From: a virus
Length of the DNA stretch: 64,000 nt
Direction: 5' to 3' (one strand)
IMG/VR virus record: IMGVR_UViG_3300040816_000831
The translations under genes and the position numbers were made by a program. Below the pieces are notes generated by a model. That model was not told the origin of the DNA. It was given only the letters and a program-made list of their open reading frames with translations, and searched no databases. Positions 7,283-15,539 of the stretch are shown piece by piece. Numbering within the stretch: position 1 is the first letter of the stretch; every line of letters starts with the position of its first letter.

Positions 7283-8816
7283 CAGCTGCCTCACATATCT
7301 CTATAGATGTTTTAACGGCTTTATCTGCATGGTTACTACATGGTAATGGGGCGTTCCAAAATGCCATAATACAATCACCCATAAATTTATCTATTGTTCC
7401 GCCATTCTTAAGAACAATCTTTGTCATTGTATCTAAATAATTATTTATAAGAATTACTAATCCTTCTGGGTCATCATTGTTTTTATAATGCTCAGATATT
7501 GGAGTGAATCCACATATATCCATAAACATAAAGGTCATTTCTTTTCTTTCACCACCAAGCTTGAGTAATGATGGGTCTTTTTGTAATTGCTTAACTAAGT
7601 CAGGAGACACATATGTACCAAATTGTTTCTTTATTTGTTGTCTTAATTTAAATTGAATATAAAAGTTATTGAAACTCGCTGAGGTGAGTAAAAGTATATA
7701 TATTATTAGAGTAGCTGATAAATCGAGGAGTATAGAAAATTCGTACCAGGCGTAGTAAGAAGCAAGACCAGATAAGAACGCAGAGGCGACGAAGAATACA
7801 GCACCAATCCAAATCGGCAAATAGTAAACCGATAGAACAATTAAAAGAGAGCCCAGAACAATCATCCCCAACTCAACCATAAATGTCCATTGTGGTCTTG
7901 ATATTGGTTTATCTGATATTATTGTCTGTAAAGCGTTTGCTTGTATTTCATGGGGATATAATAAACCAGCTGGTGTAGATACCTGAGGAACAATACCTTT
8001 TGCTGTGACTCCTATAATGGCTGTCTTTCCTTTTAAATCTGGTAAAGGTTGTCCATCATAATCAATCGATTCGAAATGAGTATTCCATTTTAACCATATA
8101 CTTCCTCTTTCATCTGTTGGTATTATAAAAGGTCTTAATATAATACTTTCAATTCCTGTTTCATTTAATTTAATTGTATATGATTTTTTATCTTGCATTG
8201 CACGTACTGTTTCTAATGCAAATGATGGATATAAATCTCCATTAACTTGAGATAATAACGGTATTCTTCTTGTTAAGTTATCTACTTCAGGAGCTCCGTT
8301 TAATAATCCTGCGCCCCAAGCATTCGATTCAAGAGAATCAATATTAGTAATTAAACCTCCATAACGATAAGTTAAATCTAATACATCACCACTATATCCA
8401 AATGTTGCATATCCTACATAAGGAGCTTTTTTTGACCTACCATTAGCATCTGCGTCTTGTGATAATATAATACCATTATCTTTTATCCAAGATGCAAAAA
8501 CTTCATCTCCACCAAACCTATCTGCTTCTGGAAACATAATAGTGAACCCTATCATACCAGCATTCGAGTTTCTTAAATCAGATATCACCGCTGCGTGATT
8601 CTGACGTGGCCAAGGGTATTGTCCATAGGCTTCGAGTGAAGACTCGGATATATTAATCAACACTATATCGTTTGAATGTTCTACTGGAATTGATTGTATA
8701 TATTGGTCGAATATACTGAGTCTAAATTGTTCTAATATCTGTGGGTCTGCAATCCGTATAACACAAAGTGTAATACCTAATAGAATTGTAGTCCATATTG
8801 AAGTTAAATATTTCAT
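6978..8816 (-). CDS. CHASE2-domain class III adenylate/guanylate cyclase
   Basis: N-terminal TM, CHASE2 (GQYPWPR, D...RRIPL, HE.QAN), three TMs, catalytic FMDICGFT, DKFMGDCIMAFWNAP, GIGINTG, IGDAVNLGARLE; K and D specificity residues indicate ATP. Confidence 0.93.
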   Translation of the reverse strand: MKYLTSIWTTILLGITLCVIRIADPQILEQFRLSIFDQYIQSIPVEHSNDIVLINISESSLEAYGQYPWPRQNHAAVISDLRNSNAGMIGFTIMFPEADRFGGDEVFASWIKDNGIILSQDADANGRSKKAPYVGYATFGYSGDVLDLTYRYGGLITNIDSLESNAWGAGLLNGAPEVDNLTRRIPLLSQVNGDLYPSFALETVRAMQDKKSYTIKLNETGIESIILRPFIIPTDERGSIWLKWNTHFESIDYDGQPLPDLKGKTAIIGVTAKGIVPQVSTPAGLLYPHEIQANALQTIISDKPISRPQWTFMVELGMIVLGSLLIVLSVYYLPIWIGAVFFVASAFLSGLASYYAWYEFSILLDLSATLIIYILLLTSASFNNFYIQFKLRQQIKKQFGTYVSPDLVKQLQKDPSLLKLGGERKEMTFMFMDICGFTPISEHYKNNDDPEGLVILINNYLDTMTKIVLKNGGTIDKFMGDCIMAFWNAPLPCSNHADKAVKTSIEICEAADELIQQLEDQGLPRIDIGIGINTGTCIVGNMGSESRFDYSVIGDAVNLGARLEGQTRNYDGIRVLLGPETYRSCTSREFAEVDRILVKGKSEKVTIYTPAI

Positions 8817-8828
8817 AAAAGTGTTATA

Positions 8829-9140
8829 CTAAAACTGTACTGAGATACCACATCCACATGCTGATTTTTCAGCTGGATTAATTATTTTGAATTGCTCTTG
8901 TATTCCTTCGACGACGTAATCTAAGGTTGCCTTTTCAAGGTATGGCATGGAGAGGTCATCGATGAGAATGTGGAAGGAACCGTAGTCAAACACATGGTCG
9001 TTACCATTAATTTCGGATTCGTAAGCAAATATATATTCGAACCCAGCACAACCACCGCCAGTAAGACCAATCCTAATTTTATCCCGTTTTGCATTAGTTT
9101 TTGATATAAGTTTTTCAATTGCTGCATTTGTTATTTCCAT
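8829..9140 (-). CDS. iscA: Iron-sulfur cluster assembly A-type carrier IscA/HesB
   Basis: GGGCAGFEY and CGCGIS motifs. Confidence 0.92.
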   Translation of the reverse strand: MEITNAAIEKLISKTNAKRDKIRIGLTGGGCAGFEYIFAYESEINGNDHVFDYGSFHILIDDLSMPYLEKATLDYVVEGIQEQFKIINPAEKSACGCGISVQF

Positions 9141-9802
9141 TATGATATTGTAAATGTATGGTCTTTATTTTGATAGCTATCTCTTAATGTCCAATCACTA
9201 TTTTCTGATTTTATCCAATCAATATCAAAGAATGATAATTGGCCTTCAGTGTTTCCACCTAAAACAGTATCATATATAAATGTTTCACCATTTATCCAAT
9301 ACATATAATTATTAAAATCTTGTATAGTATCTGTTATATTAAATACATTCTTAACATCGTTTGTTATTTTTTCTTTTGAATACAAATTAAATATTAATTG
9401 ACCACCATCATTTAATAATGTTTTTAATTCTGTAATTGATTTTAAAATATATTCATAACTACAATGTGTAAAAATATTATGAGCAAATATAATATCATAT
9501 TTTGCTCCTATATGAGTAAAGTTTATTTTTTTATTACCTTCTGAATTATAAGATGGATGATATGCATTTAAACAAATAAAATTTTGACTTGGGTATAATC
9601 CTTTTAAGTCTTGTATAAATTCTTCTTGCACATCTACACCGGTGTATGTACAGTTTAAATCATCTGGAAATGATTTTATTAAATTGCCTGTATTACATCC
9701 AACATCTAATAATGTTTTTCCTTCAGCATCTACTTTAAGACAATGTTCATATAAATATTTTTTTCCTTGTGTACTTACTTTAAATCCTTTATCTTTAATC
9801 AT
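9140..9802 (-). CDS. Class I SAM-dependent methyltransferase
   Basis: LLDVGCNTG, TGVD, YDIIFAHNIFTH, LNDGG. Confidence 0.85.
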   Translation of the reverse strand: MIKDKGFKVSTQGKKYLYEHCLKVDAEGKTLLDVGCNTGNLIKSFPDDLNCTYTGVDVQEEFIQDLKGLYPSQNFICLNAYHPSYNSEGNKKINFTHIGAKYDIIFAHNIFTHCSYEYILKSITELKTLLNDGGQLIFNLYSKEKITNDVKNVFNITDTIQDFNNYMYWINGETFIYDTVLGGNTEGQLSFFDIDWIKSENSDWTLRDSYQNKDHTFTIS

Positions 9803-10251
9803 TCTGCTTCTCCGTACCAGTTCCACCTTCCATTTTCTGGTGGATTATTATGTCCTATCATTGAATCAGGTTCCCAATTTTCTATAGCTTTTTTAATTGC
9901 TTCTTCTGCTAAAACTGAACAATGTAATTTTATTGGAGGTAATTGAAGAGCATCAGCAATATCTTTATCTTTTATTTGTTTTGCTTCTTCAATAGTTTTA
10001 CCTTTTAACATTTCTACAAACATTGTACTTGATGCAATTGCTGAACCACAGCCATAAGTTTTGAACTTGACATCTTCTATGACATCTCCTTTCATTTTTA
10101 AATCTAATTTCATTACATCACCACAGGCTGGAGCACCAACCATTCCTGTTATAACTGTTTTATCATTAGGGTCAAATCTTCCAACAGAATGTTTAGCTGG
10201 ATTTGCCAATACTGATTCGAACCTATCTACTACTTCTTTACTATATGCCAT
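9799..10251 (-). CDS. iscU: Fe-S scaffold IscU
   Basis: MAYSKEV, GAPACGDVM, FKTYGCGSAIAS, LPPIKLHCS. Confidence 0.95.
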   Translation of the reverse strand: MAYSKEVVDRFESVLANPAKHSVGRFDPNDKTVITGMVGAPACGDVMKLDLKMKGDVIEDVKFKTYGCGSAIASSTMFVEMLKGKTIEEAKQIKDKDIADALQLPPIKLHCSVLAEEAIKKAIENWEPDSMIGHNNPPENGRWNWYGEAE

Positions 10252-10901
10252 TAATTACCTTGTGTTACTGATACTGAACAACCACCAACTGTATTACAAT
10301 TTTGTGTAAGTGAATATGCTTGATTTGTAGTACCTTGCTGTAGTAAATTTAAAGTTGTTTCTTCTGTTCCTTGAAGAACAACCTGTGCGTTATGATTTGC
10401 ATTACCCTTTTGCATGACATTTGCTATTGAACCGTCTGAAGTTCCATAAAAATAAACATGTGCATAATGACTACCAGTTCCTTCTTGCCATAAATCAACT
10501 TCTACATCGGCAACATGAACGTCCATATTAAATGTATGAGTTCCGTTTTGATATACATCAATAGTGTTATCATTATCCCATATATGTCTTCCGTATGTAG
10601 CACCACCACTTTGGTCAACATTTTCTACATTACCGGTACCATCTACATCACCACCCCAGGCTTTACCTGACCCCCAATAAGAAACCCAACCAATATAATT
10701 GTCATTACCTGTTTGATTAAAATTAAAGGTATTATTTGCATGGTCAAATGAAAAATTAATTTCATTACCAAATCCTATTTGAGATATAGTTAAATCTAAA
10801 TTATCACCACCTGAAAGTTGTTCAATGTGAATATGATTATCATCAGTAGGTCCAGCATATAACATTGATGCTAAAAAATATAATGGTAATAACTTATACA
10901 T
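10251..10901 (-). CDS. Curlin-like beta-repeat secreted protein
   Basis: Signal peptide; repeated Q-x-G-x-x-N units (QIGFGN, QTGNDN, QKGNAN, QQGTTN). Confidence 0.7.
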   Translation of the reverse strand: MYKLLPLYFLASMLYAGPTDDNHIHIEQLSGGDNLDLTISQIGFGNEINFSFDHANNTFNFNQTGNDNYIGWVSYWGSGKAWGGDVDGTGNVENVDQSGGATYGRHIWDNDNTIDVYQNGTHTFNMDVHVADVEVDLWQEGTGSHYAHVYFYGTSDGSIANVMQKGNANHNAQVVLQGTEETTLNLLQQGTTNQAYSLTQNCNTVGGCSVSVTQGN

Positions 10902-11018
10902 TTTTAATGCATTTCTCTGGATGCCAAGGCGCTATCCAGTACTTATATATTATTCTTTTTATTTGCGTAAACATATATTGTCTTTTTTCCAGTTGTGTAA
11001 ACTGAAACTAATAATTTC

Positions 11019-12176
11019 TTAGTTTCCTTGGTTGATGAAGATTTCAATTCCTTCTCCGCTTCCAAATGTTATTATTCCTTGGTAACCTTCCACATTTGTA
11101 TTTATAAATCCGTTACCACCAGATGCTATAGTTATATTTATAACACCATTAACTGTTCTATATAAAATTAAATTACCGTCTTCTTCAAAGATATTATATT
11201 GTGAATCCTTATTTAATCCAAAGTTACCGCCTTTTAATACCCAACCAGCACTTGAATCTCCACCTGCTTGAGCATCATCTAATGTTGCAGTTGTTCTTAC
11301 TAATTCCTCAACTACATCCAAAAGGTCTGGTAAAAAATCTCCAGCTAATGCATCGTAATTTAATCTATCTCTTGCATCGTAATCTTCATCTAAATAATCT
11401 TCTATATCTTTCTCCAATTCATTATATTCAAGGTAATCAATATCAAGTATTCCTTGGTCATCATCTAAATCATTCTGTACTTGTTCTTCAATCGCTTCTT
11501 TTACTTCTTGTGGAGGATTAACAATAAACATATTATCAATCATTGACGGAGTAATACCATTAATTTGTATAGGATTGGTTGGTATTTTATCCAATGATGA
11601 TACCATTGTTGCTTGGTAGGCTTGATTTAAAGTAATTGTACCACCTAAATTTGTTACTGTTATTTCACCTGATGGATTACCATATTGGTCAGGTAATAAA
11701 ACAATTAAGCTTCTACCTAATTCATCAATGGTTGTTGTAAAATCTGTTCCACGAATACCAATTGTGGCTGTAGGCGTTTGTATATCAATGTTTGCTTTAT
11801 TAATTAAACCAAGAGAACCTGAAGCAAATCTTGCTGTTCCCATAGTAAACTTCATTGACATTTTGGATAATGATGGGTCAGGGTCATAATATATTTCGTC
11901 TATTAATACCTCTGTATGTTCTTTTAAATCCAATTGAGCATTATCCAAAAACTCAATTTTCATTTTACCATTTGCTGTTTCTGCAATATCGTTTAGTTCT
12001 ACAGCTGGCATATACGCGCCAGATACTGTAATCTCTTCTTTATCTCTTATAATTTGACCTGAACCGGTCTGTTCAATCACTTCGCCGATGGGGTCGGCTA
12101 AGACCCCACCGATGAATAACAAATTAAGAATCGCTAGATGAATCTTTTTGATTGATTTGAATTGTTGCATTATCAC
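11019..12176 (-). CDS. FecR-domain secreted protein
   Basis: D...TANG...I.FLD...L, IQTPTATIGIRGTDF motif of FecR domains. Confidence 0.82.
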   Translation of the reverse strand: MIMQQFKSIKKIHLAILNLLFIGGVLADPIGEVIEQTGSGQIIRDKEEITVSGAYMPAVELNDIAETANGKMKIEFLDNAQLDLKEHTEVLIDEIYYDPDPSLSKMSMKFTMGTARFASGSLGLINKANIDIQTPTATIGIRGTDFTTTIDELGRSLIVLLPDQYGNPSGEITVTNLGGTITLNQAYQATMVSSLDKIPTNPIQINGITPSMIDNMFIVNPPQEVKEAIEEQVQNDLDDDQGILDIDYLEYNELEKDIEDYLDEDYDARDRLNYDALAGDFLPDLLDVVEELVRTTATLDDAQAGGDSSAGWVLKGGNFGLNKDSQYNIFEEDGNLILYRTVNGVINITIASGGNGFINTNVEGYQGIITFGSGEGIEIFINQGN

Positions 12177-12864
12177 TTGTAATATCCAAAGTTATTATTG
12201 CATTTGGTGAAACACATGCAACATCGTTACCTGCACAAGTACCAGATATTTGATTAATATCAATATCAGCACTATCACCATTTAATTCAACGGTCATTTC
12301 ATTAGCACCATCAGATTGTAATGTATTGATGTTATTAGAACTACCGGTTATGTCCCAATTCCATACAACGTCATCACTCTCCCAATCAACATCAAAGATG
12401 TTGTTGCTACCAATGAGTATTAAATCCGCATCCAATCTTTCTGCACTGTAAACATAACCTTGGTCTAAGTCAAAAGTATTACTACTTCCTGTTACGTCAA
12501 AGTTTATGTCTGAACTATCAGCACTTCCGATATATCCAATGTTCCAATCTATTTCGTTTGAATCGCCTGCAAAATCAAGCTTATAAGTTGAGCTATCTGC
12601 TACAACTGGTCCAAATAAAATATTTTGGTTCCCTGTGAAGTCCAAATCAAAGTTTAAGCTGGAACCTGTAATAGACATAGCTGAGCTACTTGATGAAAAA
12701 TCATCTCCGCCTATTTTGTTACCAAACCCTAATTGGTCTATATACAAACTGAGTGTATCACCAGATTGTAATATATTAACTTCGTTATCATCAGTGGCTT
12801 GTGCAAAAACGAATCCAGTCGACACTAATAGTCCAGATAGGACCACACTATATAGTTTATTCAT
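12124..12864 (-). CDS. Curlin-like beta-solenoid secreted protein
   Basis: Signal peptide ending AQA; ~23-residue G-x-x-N repeats (GNQN, GDSN, GSSN, GSNN, GSSN). Confidence 0.7.
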   Translation of the reverse strand: MNKLYSVVLSGLLVSTGFVFAQATDDNEVNILQSGDTLSLYIDQLGFGNKIGGDDFSSSSSAMSITGSSLNFDLDFTGNQNILFGPVVADSSTYKLDFAGDSNEIDWNIGYIGSADSSDINFDVTGSSNTFDLDQGYVYSAERLDADLILIGSNNIFDVDWESDDVVWNWDITGSSNNINTLQSDGANEMTVELNGDSADIDINQISGTCAGNDVACVSPNAIITLDITSDNATIQINQKDSSSDS

Positions 12865-13774
12865 TTTCGTTATACCCCTCGATTTCCCAATAACCACGTC
12901 TGTGGCCTTGGTAGATTAATTCCAGTACTCCAGCCTCAATGGCTGTTCGCACTGCGTAAGTCACCGACTCATTATTTCCAAGTCCGTCTTCAAACTCTAC
13001 TAATTGTGTTCCTTCTTCAATGTATTTAAATACATCGCCTCCAGTACCATAACTAAATACAGTTTTTCGAGTTTGTACATTTAATAATACTTCACCTGTT
13101 AGAACCGAAATGGCTCTCATACTTATTGTGACAACATCTTGACGATATTGTCTACTTACACCAACACCAAGAGTTCGTGCGCCTCGGCCTCCTGATTTAA
13201 TGTCAGTATCATAACCAATAATACCACCTTCAATAATTATTCCTGCGAATAAAAGTGGATTCAATTCTTGATATTTTTCTTGACCTTGCTTTTTAGCAAC
13301 ATCTTGTCTTGCACTTCGAATGATTTGTCGTTCTCTTACTAAATGGTCTATACCATTTCTTTCAACAACACGGAACCATGAATTTTGACCTGCAGTTTTT
13401 AAAGCATCAACTACCATTTCAACTCCACCTTGAGTTACGGCTGTTGAAAAATCTGCAATACCAGGTCTTGCTTTTCTTTGACCTGTTTTGTCTGTGAATT
13501 GATATACTGCAACCACTGGCATTTCTTTTGCTGGTGGTATTTCTAATAATTCAATATAGGAAGGCATTCTTACAACCTCTGGATTTTCTACACAAATATA
13601 TGGCATTGCTTTGGTAAAGATTCTACCAGATGCCTTTGCATAATTCCATACATCGTGGTTATATTCTGGTCCCCACATATTAGGATTACAATTTTGTGGT
13701 AATTCAGACCATTTTGGAACTGCTGCGCAACCTTGTAATAGTAATATTGCAGTTAAAAGATATTTAACCACCAT
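12857..13774 (-). CDS. csgG: Curli secretion channel CsgG
   Basis: Lipobox LQGC; AVYQFTDKTGQRK, STAVTQG, WFRVVER, ERQIIR, GGIIGYD. Confidence 0.92.
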   Translation of the reverse strand: MVVKYLLTAILLLQGCAAVPKWSELPQNCNPNMWGPEYNHDVWNYAKASGRIFTKAMPYICVENPEVVRMPSYIELLEIPPAKEMPVVAVYQFTDKTGQRKARPGIADFSTAVTQGGVEMVVDALKTAGQNSWFRVVERNGIDHLVRERQIIRSARQDVAKKQGQEKYQELNPLLFAGIIIEGGIIGYDTDIKSGGRGARTLGVGVSRQYRQDVVTISMRAISVLTGEVLLNVQTRKTVFSYGTGGDVFKYIEEGTQLVEFEDGLGNNESVTYAVRTAIEAGVLELIYQGHRRGYWEIEGYNENE

Positions 13775-14306
13775 CACCACCTGTGCCAGTATCAGGGTCT
13801 TGACCAAAATTGCCTGTTCCTACTGGTATTTCTATAACTGTTGTTGTACCTTCAGTATCAACAATTGTCATTTTAATAACATCAGTTCCTTCAGCATTAG
13901 TTATAACTTCCCATGTTATGATACTACCTTCAAGTGCAAATGAACCAAAGTTTGATGCAGTATCATTACTGAACATTGATTCAACTAATTGTTTTGATAA
14001 TTGAGCATAAATTCTACTTTCTAAGTTTCGAATAAACTTTGCAAGTGTTGTGTTTTCAGCTTCTCTTTGAGCGGCTTTTGCAGCAGAATCTAAAGCTTCT
14101 TGGATTGCTTTCTTTCTGCTATGTTCTTGGTTTTCAATAGTAAGATAGTGTGCACCTGTTCCTACACCACTGAATGATGGATTTTTAAATTCGTGCACGA
14201 TTGGAGATGCATTGGTATCTGGCGATACAGCCATAAGAGAAATTATGAATAAACTAGCTAGAGTTATTATTTCTGCTTGTTCTTTTATTTTTGTTTTTCT
14301 GCTCAT
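13764..14306 (-). CDS. csgF: Curli assembly component CsgF
   Basis: Signal peptide then FKNPSFSG; F..NLESRI..QLS; directly upstream of csgG. Confidence 0.82.
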   Translation of the reverse strand: MSRKTKIKEQAEIITLASLFIISLMAVSPDTNASPIVHEFKNPSFSGVGTGAHYLTIENQEHSRKKAIQEALDSAAKAAQREAENTTLAKFIRNLESRIYAQLSKQLVESMFSNDTASNFGSFALEGSIITWEVITNAEGTDVIKMTIVDTEGTTTVIEIPVGTGNFGQDPDTGTGGDGG

Positions 14307-14544
14307 TTTCTTTATATTCCAATACTGTATCAACTTTTTGTTGAAGTCTGATTAAATCCTGGTCAAGCATTCTCATTTGGTCAATTACTTTTATTAACTG
14401 GAAATGCATTTTTTCTATTGCTGGGTCTATATGTTCATTTATAAAACTATAAACAAAATATACAAAATACCCCAATCCTATTACCATAACTGTTGGAAAA
14501 CCATAATCAGCTACCAACTGAGCCACTGTACCCATTTCTTCCAT
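14254..14544 (-). CDS. Small TM plus coiled-coil protein
   Basis: YGFP...GLGYFVYFV TM; resembles neighbour 14546-14842. Confidence 0.7.
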   Translation of the reverse strand: MEEMGTVAQLVADYGFPTVMVIGLGYFVYFVYSFINEHIDPAIEKMHFQLIKVIDQMRMLDQDLIRLQQKVDTVLEYKENEQKNKNKRTSRNNNSS

Positions 14545-14545
14545 A

Positions 14546-14842
14546 TTAATCTCTTCTTACATCAAGCTTGCCGTCTTCAATGAAATTTTCTGCTCTTGCA
14601 ATTCTTTCAATGTCAGGTCTTAATTCTAATGCACTACTTACTAATAAATCTATTTTTATCATTTCGTTACTCATTGTTCGTGCTCTATTCTCTAGAGATT
14701 CACAAAACATAGTAAGTGTGCTTATATCATCAACTATTCCTTCAAAGATTTGTTTTATAATGATGAATATAAAATATCCCATTGCTAAAGCTCCTGCAAT
14801 AGGTAGCCCCAAATCTTGTAAAATAACTAATGCTTCTTCCAT
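14546..14842 (-). CDS. Small TM plus coiled-coil protein
   Basis: LGLP...AMGYFIFII TM. Confidence 0.7.
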   Translation of the reverse strand: MEEALVILQDLGLPIAGALAMGYFIFIIIKQIFEGIVDDISTLTMFCESLENRARTMSNEMIKIDLLVSSALELRPDIERIARAENFIEDGKLDVRRD

Positions 14843-14843
14843 C

Positions 14844-15095
14844 TTACCAGCTAGAAGCTACTTTAACTGCTAGCGATGTTGCTGCTCCTGTAAGAGTATC
14901 TGTAGATGTTTTTTTAACTAATTCAACTGAATTAGCTGTCATTGTAAATGTACCAATTGTAGTACCACCAGCATTTTTTAATGTAATAAGCTGTACACTT
15001 GCTGAATTATTTACAATTCTCACAAGAGTAGCAAATCCAAGATTAGTTGCTGAAGCTAAATTTGCTTCGGTACCTTTTAATTTGACTGCTGCCAT
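14844..15095 (-). CDS. Hypothetical small beta-rich late protein
   Basis: First gene after late promoter, GAGG SD. Confidence 0.65.
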   Translation of the reverse strand: MAAVKLKGTEANLASATNLGFATLVRIVNNSASVQLITLKNAGGTTIGTFTMTANSVELVKKTSTDTLTGAATSLAVKVASSW

Positions 15096-15130
15096 TATTA
15101 TATCCTCTAATTATAATTATTATATACAGT

Positions 15131-15138
15131 TATTTATA
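15131..15138 (-). promoter_or_regulatory. T4-type late promoter TATAAATA heading the curli-cyclase operon
   Basis: Exact TATAAATA in intergenic DNA just downstream of a terminator. Confidence 0.75.
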
Positions 15139-15141
15139 AGA

Positions 15142-15155
15142 CTTAGCATGCTAAG
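15142..15155. promoter_or_regulatory. Perfect 14-bp palindrome CTTAGCATGCTAAG (candidate operator)
   Basis: Exact inverted repeat 3 bp upstream of late promoter. Confidence 0.4.
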
Positions 15156-15159
15156 ATAC

Positions 15160-15191
15160 AAAAAAAGGGAGCAATGAGCTCCCTTCTTTTT
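15160..15191. terminator. Rho-independent terminator, potentially bidirectional
   Basis: AAGGGAGC-aatga-GCTCCCTT with A-tract left and T-tract right. Confidence 0.85.
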
Positions 15192-15200
15192 AAAAACAAT

Positions 15201-15443
15201 CTACTTTTTAGCAGCTGTTTTCTTTGGTCTACCTTTTTTAGCCGGTGCTTTTTTAGCTACTGGCTTTTTAGCGGCAGGTTTTTTTCTTGGCTTATGCTTT
15301 GGTGTCTTACCATCTACATAAGCTTCATTTACTTTAGGTGTTGATTTATCATCAGCAACATAATGTCCCTTAGAATTTCTAGCTCTTACGCCAGAAGCTT
15401 CAGGTTCAGTATTATCAAAAAGTCTTTTCAACCAATTAAACAT
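15201..15443 (-). CDS. Small protein with histone-like K/A/P-rich tail
   Basis: KKPAAKKPVAKKAPAKK; GGAGG SD; late promoter upstream. Confidence 0.75.
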   Translation of the reverse strand: MFNWLKRLFDNTEPEASGVRARNSKGHYVADDKSTPKVNEAYVDGKTPKHKPRKKPAAKKPVAKKAPAKKGRPKKTAAKK

Positions 15444-15463
15444 ATTTCCTCCATTATTTTATA

Positions 15464-15471
15464 TATTTATA
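15464..15471 (-). promoter_or_regulatory. T4-type late promoter TATAAATA
   Basis: Exact match upstream of 15443 start. Confidence 0.65.
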
Positions 15472-15539
15472 ATTAATAAACTCTTCCCAACGGAAGTAGT
15501 CTTTTCTCTCATGACACCAAAACCAACCTTTATTAGCCT

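Noticed and set aside
10894-10974. 26-codon ORF and small CTGGAT/ATCCAG hairpin between FecR and curlin-like genes
   Set aside because: Too short, weak SD; cannot be supported
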